The notes under the pieces were generated by a model that had not been told where the DNA came from, searched no databases, and saw nothing but the letters and a program-made list of their open reading frames with translations. From Candidatus Hodarchaeota archaeon (GTDB lineage: Archaea; Asgardarchaeota; Lokiarchaeia; Sigyniarchaeales; SOKP01), in assembly GCA_048886685.1 (NCBI GenBank), contig JBHLKM010000016.1:45082-109081 (forward strand): a stretch of 64,000 nt of DNA. The letters are read 5' to 3'. The stretch's first letter is position 1. Each line of letters opens with the position of its first letter. Shown in pieces: positions 50,109 to 61,900 of this stretch. The position numbers and the translations under genes are program-made.

Positions 50109-52034
50109 TTATTTCAACTCCTCTAATTTTTCTTTTATAGCAATTTCCAATTCCTTAGAAACAATAGCACCATCAATTTTACCTCGGGCTTTTTTCATGA
50201 CTTCTCCCATTAATGGTCCTTTTGCCCTCATTTCTTTTTCTTTTATCAATTTAGAGTTGTTTTTTATAATCTCTCCAATCATTTCTTTTAGATCTTCTAA
50301 AGAAAGTTTTTCGATTTTTAATTTCTTTTTGATTTGATCAATAGAGAGGTCTGGAGAGTCAGCTTTCAAGCCCATTACTTCTTCAATTGCTTCTTTACTG
50401 ATTTCTTTTCTCTTCAATAACGTAAATATTTCAAGAAAATCATTATCACTAATATTTTCTACATTTTTCCCCTCTCTTCTAAGAGCTGTCGTAGTTTCTA
50501 ATAAAGTTGTTAATATTAAAGAGGGATTTTCGGGATATAATTTAATTAAATCATCAAATAAACTGAGTTTTCCCGTAAAAATTAGGTCTTTTATAATTCT
50601 TTCTTCAGTTTTATATTTTTTAGAATATTGTTTTATTGTTATCCATGGGTATTCAGGCAGGCTTTTTTTAATTTCATTAATTTCTTCTTCTAAGTTAAAT
50701 ATAGCTTCTGTATCTGTATCAGGATATAGTCTTGCGCCTCCATGGAGTTCTCTTAAAAATTCGGTATTTCCCGTTTCAAGGGCTCTTCTGGTTTCAGGAG
50801 GGACACCTTCAAATGCAAACTTCACCCGATTAATAATCACTTTCATAGCTTTTTTTATTTCTTTATTAGAACCTAATATTAAAACAAAACAATCATCTTC
50901 TTTAGATGATAGTTTTTCTTTTATTTTCTTAATATCTTCATTTGAAAAATTGTATTTACTTAAATCCTCATCAGAATGAATTATTCCTTTTAACCCTGAT
51001 ATAACTTTTACTTTATTACTAACTTCCGTTCCAAATCTATAATCCTCCATTAATTCCTTTCCAAATATGCCTTTAAATCCACTAAAATTGATACCTGATA
51101 ATGTTTTTCCAGATTTAATACCTTTGGCAATAAAATTAGATTTTGTTTTCTCAAAAGCCCCGGATAAATCTATATAATTCTCCTGAATTGTCTCTTCATT
51201 TAACTTACTCTTAATAAGTTCTTCTTTTATTTCGAGAAGTTTTAATTGCCGTGAGATCTCATGATTGATTAAGATAGGAATCCAGTCTAGTTTTTGAACC
51301 CCTTTTATTTCAATTCTAGTTCCTGCCTTAATACTCACATTAATATCTTGTCTAATTGATCCAAGAACTTTCTTTACATTTGTAGACCACAATAATAATC
51401 CAATTCTCTCAGCAGCTTCTCGACATTCATCAGGGCTTCTAATATCTGGTTTGGTTGTAACTTCCACTAACGGAATTCCTAATCGGTCTAGGCGAAAATA
51501 ATTAGTTTTTTCCTCTGTTTTAATTTTTCTGGCAGCATCTTCTTCTAAACTAAGTATATCGATTCCAATTTTTTTTCCATTTTCTAATTCTATATATCCA
51601 TCTGTTCCAAGGATCATCGTTCGTTGAAAACCACATGGAACACTTCCGTCTAAATAGTTTTTACGGCAAACATGCATTTCTTCGATAATATTGGCATTAA
51701 GCAGCATTGCAATTTGTAGTGCTACCTTTCTAGCTTCTGTGTTGCAGGCGAAAGGCGGTGTATCGTCCAGCTCATATGTACATACAACGTCATTGTAACC
51801 TTCATATGTAATTCCCATACCTTTCTCGTATTCTGTAAGCATTGCCTCATCATAAGTGCCCATTTCACCCAGAACAGGTCTCATTCCTCGATTTACAGTA
51901 AAATCTGGCTGACGAGCTCCTTGAAGCTCGGTTGGACACCGACAGAATAGCTTGGTTTTTGTGGCAAGTTGCTGATGGAGTTCTATCCCGCATTTAAGGC
52001 CCAATTTTTCATAGTCGTTATCTTCCATTACCAA
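50109..52034 (-). CDS. gatE: Glu-tRNA(Gln) amidotransferase subunit E
   Basis: GIELHQQL, LEEDAAR, DRLGIPLVE, IRQDINVSI, GVPPETR, YPDTD. Confidence 0.96.
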   Translation of the reverse strand: MVMEDNDYEKLGLKCGIELHQQLATKTKLFCRCPTELQGARQPDFTVNRGMRPVLGEMGTYDEAMLTEYEKGMGITYEGYNDVVCTYELDDTPPFACNTEARKVALQIAMLLNANIIEEMHVCRKNYLDGSVPCGFQRTMILGTDGYIELENGKKIGIDILSLEEDAARKIKTEEKTNYFRLDRLGIPLVEVTTKPDIRSPDECREAAERIGLLLWSTNVKKVLGSIRQDINVSIKAGTRIEIKGVQKLDWIPILINHEISRQLKLLEIKEELIKSKLNEETIQENYIDLSGAFEKTKSNFIAKGIKSGKTLSGINFSGFKGIFGKELMEDYRFGTEVSNKVKVISGLKGIIHSDEDLSKYNFSNEDIKKIKEKLSSKEDDCFVLILGSNKEIKKAMKVIINRVKFAFEGVPPETRRALETGNTEFLRELHGGARLYPDTDTEAIFNLEEEINEIKKSLPEYPWITIKQYSKKYKTEERIIKDLIFTGKLSLFDDLIKLYPENPSLILTTLLETTTALRREGKNVENISDNDFLEIFTLLKRKEISKEAIEEVMGLKADSPDLSIDQIKKKLKIEKLSLEDLKEMIGEIIKNNSKLIKEKEMRAKGPLMGEVMKKARGKIDGAIVSKELEIAIKEKLEELK

Positions 52035-52153
52035 TCAAATCTACTTAAATAAGTTTAGTTTAAACAATGTCAGATAGTTTAACTAATCAAGTAATGAATT
52101 TTATAATTATTGTCAAAAAAAGTTTTGGATATTTTAATTCGCCAGATTTAGTA

Positions 52154-53233
52154 TCAATTTAAATAATAAAGTCCATCAGTTTGAGAAACTTCCGAATGTT
52201 CAGAAAGGTAATTCATAATCAATTGTTTTTGTTCCTGATTATTTTCAATAAAATCCTCAATTTGAAAAGAAAGATTTTTTAAACTTTCAAGACGAATCCA
52301 GTGAATTTTACTGAAAAATAACAAGATTTTGTGAAGAAAATTATCATGATTGCCGTATTTTGTTAAATCTTCTTCAATAGATTTGATCCATTTATTGAAA
52401 GCATTTTTATTCCTAAAACATACACATAATTCGTTGTCTTCCGCTAAATTCATCCAAAGATACATATCTTTATCATCAAGCATTCTATCGTAATTTATTA
52501 TAAATTTTACATTTTCTTCAAGAAGTTTTATTCTTTCATTTTTTGCTAATTCTCTTCTGAATAAAAGTTCTGTTTCAATTAATTCTAGTCTCCCATAATA
52601 ATCTTCTGGTGAATAAATAAAATCAGTAACTCTAGCACCGAGAAATCCTAATATGGCTGCAAAGAATTTACAATTTTCGTAATGTAAATTTCTATCCGTT
52701 CCAATAAATTCCAAAATTCCCCTAATTGGGCCCTTTTTTTCATCAGTTATCAATTCTAATCTCCAGTCTTTAGAAATATTGGAAAGATTGACTCTAGTTT
52801 TTATTCTCTCAAATAATATCATGAGCTCACCATAAGTACCAGACTTAATCTGTCTTCTTAAGAACCTAAAATAAGTTAGAATAAAATGAGTAACTAATTC
52901 AAACGAAAAGGGGGTATATCTATTTGATTCTGACACCATTTCGTAAAGGGGTATCGTGGCTCTGAAAGTGAATGGTTCAAAGAAATCTTTAACCTCTTTA
53001 TCTTCCACTCGCTCAAAATCATTCAATGTTTTTCCTTTTTCAAATAATTCAAGAACTTTCCACATTACAGAAGTATAAAAATTCGATACGCTTTTAAATA
53101 TCTCTTCATTAGGATTTTTCCTCCGGTTAACATTTACATATCTGGTTACCCAATCTTTAAGTACCGGTGATATTGATATCGTTAGTTGAGAAGTTTTCTT
53201 GCTTGAAAGATACTTTTTTGATGTCATAATCAA
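52154..53233 (-). CDS. Hypothetical protein (tandem paralog A)
   Basis: Aligns by eye with the next ORF (KKT.Q.TIS.SP.LK, ENCK..AAI.G.LG, YLWM..AEDN). Confidence 0.8.
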   Translation of the reverse strand: MIMTSKKYLSSKKTSQLTISISPVLKDWVTRYVNVNRRKNPNEEIFKSVSNFYTSVMWKVLELFEKGKTLNDFERVEDKEVKDFFEPFTFRATIPLYEMVSESNRYTPFSFELVTHFILTYFRFLRRQIKSGTYGELMILFERIKTRVNLSNISKDWRLELITDEKKGPIRGILEFIGTDRNLHYENCKFFAAILGFLGARVTDFIYSPEDYYGRLELIETELLFRRELAKNERIKLLEENVKFIINYDRMLDDKDMYLWMNLAEDNELCVCFRNKNAFNKWIKSIEEDLTKYGNHDNFLHKILLFFSKIHWIRLESLKNLSFQIEDFIENNQEQKQLIMNYLSEHSEVSQTDGLYYLN

Positions 53234-53594
53234 CTAAATGAAATTAAATTTTTAAAATTATATTAGTTCATAACTCTAAAAAAAAAGTCCAAAATTAAAC
53301 TCAAACGAATTAATTATGCCAATTTTAAAAAATTTAAGTACATTTTTTTTAATATCTTTCTATGATTTAATTTTTCATACAATTCTTTACACCAATCATT
53401 TAAAATCAATTTCATTGATTTGTATTATCATTATACATGTTTAAATATTATCTGGAAAAAATATAATTGGGCAACTTTAGGCAATAAGAATAAAGGGGAT
53501 TGATAGGAAACACTACCATAAATACAAAATTAAGGGGGGAAAATATCACGGGGAGAAAGAGGACGAGATCCTATTTTCTTCTTAAAGATTATTT

Positions 53595-54677
53595 TTAGCT
53601 GATGGTTTCTAGATAATATTTCCCATCATTTTGAGATACTTTCGATTTTTTGGAAAGAAACTTCAATAAATGTTGTATATCATCATGATTTTTCACCTCT
53701 GATAATCGAATACGAAATGTTAATTCTCTTTCGCTTTCAATATCAATCCAATGTAATTTTTGAAAAAATTTTAATAGGTTGAGAAGGTAGTCTTCCTTTT
53801 CACTATATTTTTCAAATTCCATTTTAATTAGATCAAACCATTCTTTTCTAGTCTCAGAATTGTTAAAAGAAATGAAGGCATTATTATCCTCAGCTATTTT
53901 CATCCAAAGATAATAATCATTATCATTAATAATTCTACTATAATTGATTAATTGAGAAAGATTATGGTTTATGAGCTTTACTCTCTCTGATCTTACCAAT
54001 TCCTCCCTGAAAAACAAGTCTGTTGCTTTTAAATCAAATCTACAATACACTTCTTTTTCTGAATACAAACAGTCATCTATTTTGACTCCTAACAAACCGA
54101 AAATTGCAGCCATATACTTACAATTTTCAAAACTTAAATTCCGATAAATCCCCCTATACTCGAAGATTCCGGTTAAATCAGTTTTGTTTTTACCAGTAAA
54201 GAGATCGAGATTCGACTCTTTTGTTAAATTATTAGAAAGAAGATAATTTCTTAATCTATTATATAAATTCTTTATAGTTTCGGTATCATAAGGATCCATT
54301 ATGGATAAATATAATCTTCTTATTGTTAAGTAAAAAAAAGGCAACTTTTTAAAAGTTGGATCCATGTATTTATTTGGTTTAACAGCATTCTCATAATAAG
54401 GAATTAGAGCTTTCCAAGAAATTTTATCAAAAAAATCTTGAATTGTACTGTCAACAAACGTGTCAAAATCATCTAGAGTTTTGCCTTTATCAAAACAATC
54501 CATAGTTTTCTCCAGCACATAATTATGAAAAGCAGAAATACTTTTAAATCTATTATCGTCCGGATTCATTTCATGATTTTCTTTCACATACTCTTCTATT
54601 CGAGCTTTGAGCGCTGGTGAAGTTGAGATAGTTTGTTGAGTAGTTTTCTTTTTTGATAATTGTCTTTCGGAAGTCAT
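53595..54677 (-). CDS. Hypothetical protein (tandem paralog B)
   Basis: Same shared motifs as paralog A. Confidence 0.8.
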   Translation of the reverse strand: MTSERQLSKKKTTQQTISTSPALKARIEEYVKENHEMNPDDNRFKSISAFHNYVLEKTMDCFDKGKTLDDFDTFVDSTIQDFFDKISWKALIPYYENAVKPNKYMDPTFKKLPFFYLTIRRLYLSIMDPYDTETIKNLYNRLRNYLLSNNLTKESNLDLFTGKNKTDLTGIFEYRGIYRNLSFENCKYMAAIFGLLGVKIDDCLYSEKEVYCRFDLKATDLFFREELVRSERVKLINHNLSQLINYSRIINDNDYYLWMKIAEDNNAFISFNNSETRKEWFDLIKMEFEKYSEKEDYLLNLLKFFQKLHWIDIESERELTFRIRLSEVKNHDDIQHLLKFLSKKSKVSQNDGKYYLETIS

Positions 54678-54865
54678 ATTACTAAACCCATTAAAAATTT
54701 TGACAAAATTATAATCTATACTATCTTGTACATGAAAATTTAAAAAAATAAATATTTATTTTTAGACAGTTTACTTCTGTTTTGAACAAAATAAAATTTT
54801 TATTTATTCTATTACCTAGAATTTTTTTGACTTTTAGGTATTTTTTTATCATTTTTGAAATAGAT

Positions 54866-56482
54866 TTAAAGAGCTTTTGAAACATAAACTCCGTCTAATT
54901 TATAACCCATTTCGTAGAACCAATCTCTTACACCAATTCCCGATATAACAGCTAACTTTTTAGCATCAAATTCATCCCTTGATATAGCTTCAGCATTTTC
55001 CATTAATAACTTTCCATAACCTCGATGTTGAATTTGGCTGAAACGACTTGGTTTTAAATCTTTTGGGACCATTTCCCCAACTACCTTTATTTCCCTTACG
55101 ATTAATGTTTTTCCATCATTTAATTCAGGTCTATGAGCAAATTTAGAAGGTTTTCTTAAGCGAAGATATCCGATTAAGTAATTTTCTATTTGATTTTCAT
55201 AAGATAAAAAAATTTCTTGTCCTTCAGATGCTTCATAATCTTGTCGATATAGTTTTATTTCATCAAAATTTATATCTCTTTTGCTAAGAAGACCAACCTC
55301 CCGACATCTGATACACTTACAGTTTTCTTTCATTTCCAATAATCTTTCTTGTACCAACTGTCTTAAGTTGCTATTCTTACACCCTGCTTCAATTAAAGTT
55401 GCGGGTATATCCCTCATAATTCTTTGAATTCTCACATATGAGGGAAGGTTTATTTTAACCTTTGCAATTAGATCGATTAAATCTTCGTCTAGATATGGAG
55501 AATACGTTCCAGCTTTCCACCATTTATACAATTCTGTCCCATTAATTACTAATGTGGGATAAATCTTCAACATGTCAGGTCTATATTCTGGATTAGAGAA
55601 CAAATTATCAAACAATTCTAAATCTTTATCGAGGCTAGAACCTGGTAAGTTTGGCATTATATGGGCATTGATTTTTAATCCCGCATCTTTAGTAATTCTT
55701 ATTGCTTCGATACTGTCAGCAATTGTATGTCCTCTCCTAACTAAGTCATAGATTTCATTATAAATGGTTTGGATACCAATTTCAACTCGAGTAGTTCCAA
55801 AGTTTAATATATTATCGATATGTGTTTCCTTACAATAATCTGGTCTTGTTTCAACAGTAATACCTACAATCCTTCTTTTAGATTTTTCAGCTACTTTCTT
55901 GACTTCTTCTAAGCTCTCTAATTTTTGTTCTATTATTCCTTCTAATGCTCCCTTAACGAAATTTTTCTGATATTGAAGATTTGTTGATAAAAAGGTACCT
56001 CCCATTATAATTAACTCAACTTTATCAACAACGTGACCAATAGCTTCTAAATCCTTTATTCTACTTTGTACTTGAAGATAGGGATCATAATTATTGTGAA
56101 TAGACCTCATGGCTGCTGGTTCTCTACCGGTATATGACTGAGCTACTTTTTCACACGGTTGTGAATCAGATCCAGGACAGTAAATACAAGTTCCTGGACA
56201 TGGAAGTGGTTTTGTCATAATAGCTATGACAGATACACCAGATAAAGTTCTGGTTTTTCTTCTTTTAAGAATTTGAGTAATTATTTCTTTTTCTTCTTCT
56301 GTGGCAAAATTTAAAATAGTAGCATTTTTAATGACTTTACTGTAATTATATTTCTTACCTATTCGTCCTTTAAGATTTGTAACTTTATCTTTAGAAATCT
56401 GTGGATTCATAATTAAATATTCTATTATACCCCTTGAGATATGTCTGATTTTTTCAGAGTTCTTAGCATCTAATGTTCCCAT
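54866..56482 (-). CDS. elp3: Elp3 tRNA U34 acetyltransferase (radical SAM + GNAT)
   Basis: RTLSGV, CPGTCIYCP, QSYTG, ETRPD, QHRGYG, ISGIGVR. Confidence 0.96.
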   Translation of the reverse strand: MGTLDAKNSEKIRHISRGIIEYLIMNPQISKDKVTNLKGRIGKKYNYSKVIKNATILNFATEEEKEIITQILKRRKTRTLSGVSVIAIMTKPLPCPGTCIYCPGSDSQPCEKVAQSYTGREPAAMRSIHNNYDPYLQVQSRIKDLEAIGHVVDKVELIIMGGTFLSTNLQYQKNFVKGALEGIIEQKLESLEEVKKVAEKSKRRIVGITVETRPDYCKETHIDNILNFGTTRVEIGIQTIYNEIYDLVRRGHTIADSIEAIRITKDAGLKINAHIMPNLPGSSLDKDLELFDNLFSNPEYRPDMLKIYPTLVINGTELYKWWKAGTYSPYLDEDLIDLIAKVKINLPSYVRIQRIMRDIPATLIEAGCKNSNLRQLVQERLLEMKENCKCIRCREVGLLSKRDINFDEIKLYRQDYEASEGQEIFLSYENQIENYLIGYLRLRKPSKFAHRPELNDGKTLIVREIKVVGEMVPKDLKPSRFSQIQHRGYGKLLMENAEAISRDEFDAKKLAVISGIGVRDWFYEMGYKLDGVYVSKAL

Positions 56483-56905
56483 TTCAAAAACAATAATATA
56501 CTTTTCTTAAAATATTTGATTATTATTTAGAATAGTTTAGAGTGAAAAAATTAGTGTATATCTTAATTTTAAAAAATTCATAGAAGCCATACCAAGAGGT
56601 TTTATTCAAAATTATTTAGGGTTTAATTATATAAATTTTCCCAAATCTCAGTTTTTAAATAATAAAATCATTATTTTTGCATCATTGGTGGATAGGAAAA
56701 AAACAGGGTTTAGTAATATCGATAAAATGACCGCTAAAGATAAAGGTAATATAGTAAAAGAAATCTTTGAAACGCTTAAAAGTAGTTTGACAAGAATTTT
56801 GATTGAAGCGAAAAAAATACTATTATTGAAAGAAGTTATTAAAGATGCAACCAAATTCTATATGGATTTTTTTACTTATCGTTAAAATATTAATTATAAA
56901 AGAAT

Positions 56906-57745
56906 TTATTCTAAAAGAATTTTTTTACCAGTAAAATCCCGAGTAAACTTACCAAAATCTTCAATTTTTTTTAATTCTTTAGAGCCAAATACAGGGCCAT
57001 CTTTACAAACTAATAGTCCTAGTGGATCTAATGTGCATAATCCACACAAACCACAGCCACATCTCATAATTCTTTCAAGGCTGGCATAAAATTCGATATT
57101 ATGCTTTTCACATATTTGGAATAATTTATATATCATTAGTTCAGGACCACATGAATATACGACGGTATTCTTGAATTGTTTCTGTGTGTAATTTTTAATG
57201 GTGTTTTCAAATAAATCCGATGCGGTTCCTTCTTCACCATAACTTCCATCATCTGTGCAAAAATGAAATTCTGATCCTTCTCGGTCATAATCAAGCAATT
57301 CATCCATATATAACAAATCGCTTTCCATTTTGGCTCCTTGTATAATTTTAAAATTATAACCAGAATTATTTAAATCCCGGGCTAAAAATCTAAGTGGTGC
57401 CATCCCTATACCCCCGCCAACCAAAAAGATGTTGTTATTTCTATCCGTTGGTACTTTAAAGTAATTGCCTAATGGACCACGCACTCCAATATAATCATTA
57501 ATTGTAAGATCATATAGTGATTGGGTACATTCACCAACAATTTTAACAGTAATAGCCCAATTATTTCCCTCGTCACAAGCCGAAATAGACATAGGTATCT
57601 CATCTACACTGGGAACCCAAATCATCGTGAATTGACCTGGCTTTGGTTTTAGGTCCGTCGGATTCTTGAAAATAAATGTTTTAACACCTAAACAATCATT
57701 TATTACTCTACTGACTTTTACTGTCTGAATAGTGTTTTCAGTCAA
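56906..57745 (-). CDS. pyrK: Dihydroorotate dehydrogenase electron transfer subunit
   Basis: PGQF, RGPLG, GGGIG, CGPE, CGCGLCGLC...CKDGP. Confidence 0.94.
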   Translation of the reverse strand: MTENTIQTVKVSRVINDCLGVKTFIFKNPTDLKPKPGQFTMIWVPSVDEIPMSISACDEGNNWAITVKIVGECTQSLYDLTINDYIGVRGPLGNYFKVPTDRNNNIFLVGGGIGMAPLRFLARDLNNSGYNFKIIQGAKMESDLLYMDELLDYDREGSEFHFCTDDGSYGEEGTASDLFENTIKNYTQKQFKNTVVYSCGPELMIYKLFQICEKHNIEFYASLERIMRCGCGLCGLCTLDPLGLLVCKDGPVFGSKELKKIEDFGKFTRDFTGKKILLE

Positions 57746-58664
57746 AATCAGGCACCTCTTGAGTTATGAACTGATGGCTCAAACCTTTGATATCGTTTAT
57801 TGATTTATATTCACCCTCTTTAAGATATTTAACCACTCCTTCATTTATTTTAGTAATAATTTCGGTACCCTTATATAAGGCTGTACCAATTTGTACTGCA
57901 GAAGCTCCTGCTAGAAAGAATTCAACGACATCCTGCCAGGAATCTATGCCCCCGCATCCAATAATAGGTATTTTCAAAATTTTGTATAAATCATAGACTT
58001 TTTTAACTGCTATAGGGTGTATCGCTTTTCCAGAAAGACCCCCACTTCCATGAGATAAGATAGGTCTTCTTGTATTAACATCAAGTGCCATAGCTGCTAA
58101 TGTATTAATCGCTACAACGCCATCTGCTCCACCTTTTTCGGCAGCCAAGGCGATTTCATTTATATTTGTTACATTAGGATTTAGTTTCACAAAAAGAGGA
58201 ATAGTTAATTTTTCTTTCAAAAATTTGACAACTTCAAATGTTAAGTCTTTATCAATACCGATTGAAGCAACTTCAGCATGAGGACATGAAATATTAATCT
58301 CAATGGCATCAGCACCAGCTTTTTCAGCTTTAGTAGCTACATCAAGGTAAACGTCATTAGTATCCCCAAAAACACTCACAACTAACGGAATTTTAAATTT
58401 CTTAATTTCTTTTATCTCAGAGATAAAATCGTCTATTCCAGGATTCCCAAGACCAACTGCATTTAAAAATGTCCCTGGATAAACTTCAATTATAGATGGA
58501 TTTTTATATCCTTTCCTTGGATTTGGACCAATAGATTTGGTTGTAACAGCCCCCGCTCCAGCATTAATTACTCTCTTCATTGAAGAAAAAGATACACCTA
58601 AAATTCCCGAGGCTAAAATGAGTGGGGATTTTAATTTTAAACCGGAGAGATTTATTTCAAGCAT
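57738..58664 (-). CDS. pyrD: Dihydroorotate dehydrogenase 1B catalytic subunit
   Basis: TKS, NISCP, GGLSG, AVQIGT. Confidence 0.95.
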   Translation of the reverse strand: MLEINLSGLKLKSPLILASGILGVSFSSMKRVINAGAGAVTTKSIGPNPRKGYKNPSIIEVYPGTFLNAVGLGNPGIDDFISEIKEIKKFKIPLVVSVFGDTNDVYLDVATKAEKAGADAIEINISCPHAEVASIGIDKDLTFEVVKFLKEKLTIPLFVKLNPNVTNINEIALAAEKGGADGVVAINTLAAMALDVNTRRPILSHGSGGLSGKAIHPIAVKKVYDLYKILKIPIIGCGGIDSWQDVVEFFLAGASAVQIGTALYKGTEIITKINEGVVKYLKEGEYKSINDIKGLSHQFITQEVPDFD

Positions 58665-58980
58665 TTTTTTAAGAAAATAATGATTATAATTTTATAATAA
58701 TTTTTTGTATGAAATAAATTAGAGGGTAATAGATTTCGATTTTACTGCTAAATTATGAAATTATACTTTATTTTTTGCTAAACACCCTTTTTTTTATATA
58801 AAATTCAATAAATTTCTTATTTGAAGTTTATTTTTATTCTTTTTCAAAAAGGGTAATAAAAATTTAAATTGTAATATTTTTATTACTTTTTTGTATATTG
58901 AAAATCTAATAACAAAAGGGGAATGTGATGGAAAAAAAAAAAAAATCATCTAAATAATTATAATATTCTTATAAAAAAAG

Positions 58981-61900
58981 GTGAGAATTATAAGAAAGTT
59001 AAAAAATAAAAGAAAAATTCTTGCAGTACTATTATTTATTCTAATTCTGCCAACAATAATTAAGATTTTTAATGGAATAACAAATTACACAAATCAAGAA
59101 AATATTGGAAAGGATCCAATCAGAGAATCACTACTCTCTACCTCTTCAAATGGGCTTCCTAATGCAAATCATTTTAGTTATTATAAAGTCATAACAATTG
59201 ATCATACAAAGGTTAATGGAACAGGGGAACTTATTAATTTTCCTGTGTTAATTTCTATTATTGATTCAGACTTACAGGACAAGGCTCAGTCTGATGGTGA
59301 TGATATCGCTTTTGCCAATAATACTGCTTGGCTAGATCATGAAATAGAACTATATGATCCAAGTTATAGTTATACTCGTGCTCAACTAATAGCGTGGGTT
59401 CGGATTCCTTTGTTATCAACTTCTATTGATACTATTATATTCATGTTCTATGGAAATTCCACCTTAGGACCCCAAGAAAATCCAACGGGAGTTTGGAATT
59501 CTGACTATAAGGGTGTATGGCATTTAAAGGAAAATCCTGGTCCTGGAGATCCCGGAGACATTAAAGATTCAACTTCTAATAGTAATCATGGAACTGCTGA
59601 TGATTCAATGAGATCATATGATCAGATTTCAGGACAGATTGACGGTAGTTTAGATTTTGATGGATACAATGATCATGTAAGTGTGGGTAATGTCGGAACA
59701 GGAATAAAAACTATTGATTTTTGGATGAATCCTCATTCGCTTCAAGGTTATAATTATAGTGATACTGGTTATAGGAGTCCAACTGCGACTGGGGAAACCT
59801 ATAATAATTGGACCAACCCAACTGGCGCTTATACAAGCGATAATAATAGAGCATCAGCATCTACAAGTGGACTAGATCAAGATTGGTACAACTTTGGTTT
59901 TAACATACCAAATTATACTATTGAAGGAATTGAGGTATCCCTTGAGGGGAACGCTGATGATGATGAGGGAGTTCGAATTAGACTCTCTTGGAACGGCGGA
60001 ATTAATTATACTAGCGATAGATCAATTACTTGGGACAGTTCTTATGATTCATATAAGTCGACAGGTGGTCCAACAACAGACTGGGATAGGGAATGGAGCC
60101 CTTCTGAGTTTAGCGATCCTAACTTCAGAATTTGGTTAGAAAAGAGAGGATCCGACGATCCGACAAACATTGATCATATTCGGGTTAAGGTCTATTACTC
60201 TCAACCCGCAAATATGTCATTAATTGATATAGACGGCACAGATCAAATAATAATTGATAGCGTTAGTGGTGAAATAAAAACTATTGGTTTTCCCGGCACA
60301 CTAGTGATTTATATTAATGGAATAATAGGATCTATCGTATCCACAGGAGCATGGTACCATATAGTAATTATTGATACAAGTGGAGTTAGTGCTGATGCAA
60401 TGGACATTGGTAGAGCTTCATCAGTCTCCTTTAATGGAATTATTGATGAAGTTCGGGTTTCCAACGTGACTCATACAGCAGATTGGATTGCCACTGAATA
60501 TAATAACCACCAGGATCCCGCTAGTTTTTACTCTGTAGGAGGGGAACGGATTTCAGTTACCGATCTTCAAGTTAATGCGATTGATTTATACGGCAATTTA
60601 ATACCAAACGTAAATATTTCTATGTATGAAAATAATAATTTAATTAGAAGTGGTATTACACTCGCTAATGGAACTATTATGTTTGAAGATATAGTGTCAA
60701 TAGAATATGAATATAACTTCACAGTATCCATGACATCAAATCTTCCTCCATATTATACAATAACAATTAATAAAACATCTGAAGCAATTCTAATAGAAGG
60801 AGCAATTCAAATTATTAATTTAATTTGCAATGTCAGCAGAAACATCTTTAATATCGTAGATGTAGATGGAATTACCGTAGATTCTGGATGGATAATAGTT
60901 AGTAATAGTTCAGGTTCAATTCAGAATTGTACGATTGGCAATACAGGACAAGCGACATTTCGATGGTTAAATACTACTCCTTATCAATATAACTATTCGG
61001 TATGGTATCGAGATATTAATTACAATGCGACCGAAATTATTGTAGCATCAGGTGATATACTCGCACCAAATTCTGTTGTCAATGTAACTACACTCTTAAC
61101 AACAGTCAATTTTACCGTTCTTACATCTGATACATCTCAGTTTGTTAGTGGAGCAAAATTAATATTAAAACATTCTGTCTTAGATTATTATATAGTCAAT
61201 TTAACCACGGATTTGGATGGAAAAACAACTTTTAGATGGGCAAATTCCTCTCTAATAAATTCAAATTATTCTTTAAGTATTGATTTTTATGGAGGATTGG
61301 TGCCTTTTGAAATAATTAATCTTACGGTTGGAATGAAATATCAGGTTAGTTTTAATATCAAAGCGAAAACCGCTTATACTATTAAGATTGATATAACACA
61401 AACTGAACTAGAAGAATTTAAAACAGAAATCGTGTCCTTAAATCCGTCAAATAATATCATTATTGAAATGGGTTCGAGATTAAAAATAAGAACTTTATTC
61501 AATGTTACTAAAGTAACATCAGGGTATGAAAATTTATTAGGTCCAGCCTATGCAGATTCAATGTCATATGAAATAATAAAAGGAACAACACCCGTTCGTT
61601 CAGGAACATTGCAACAAGAAAATGATTATATCGGAAGACATCAAGCAGTTATTGAAACCGATGAGTTAGAAACTGAGATAATTTATACAATTAAAATACA
61701 AGCTTACAAATCTGGATATGTTCTACCTCTGGACTTAATAATGTCATTATTCCTATTAAAAAATGAGTTAATGTTAAACCAGTCGCAAAATGATGATTCA
61801 CCTCAATCGAAATATTGGCAAGAAAGCGTCAATATGTCAGTAAAACCTTACGGGAAAATTTCTGAAGATTTTACTATAGAATATAATATTTATAATAGTA

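Noticed and set aside
56648-56885. Overlapping 66-68-aa ORFs between elp3 and pyrK
   Set aside because: No motifs; possibly a gene remnant, but unsupported.
1512-60139. Numerous short antisense or nested ORFs in the track (e.g. 1512, 4460, 10158, 22159, 43665, 49408, 59894)
   Set aside because: Shadow frames of well-supported genes.
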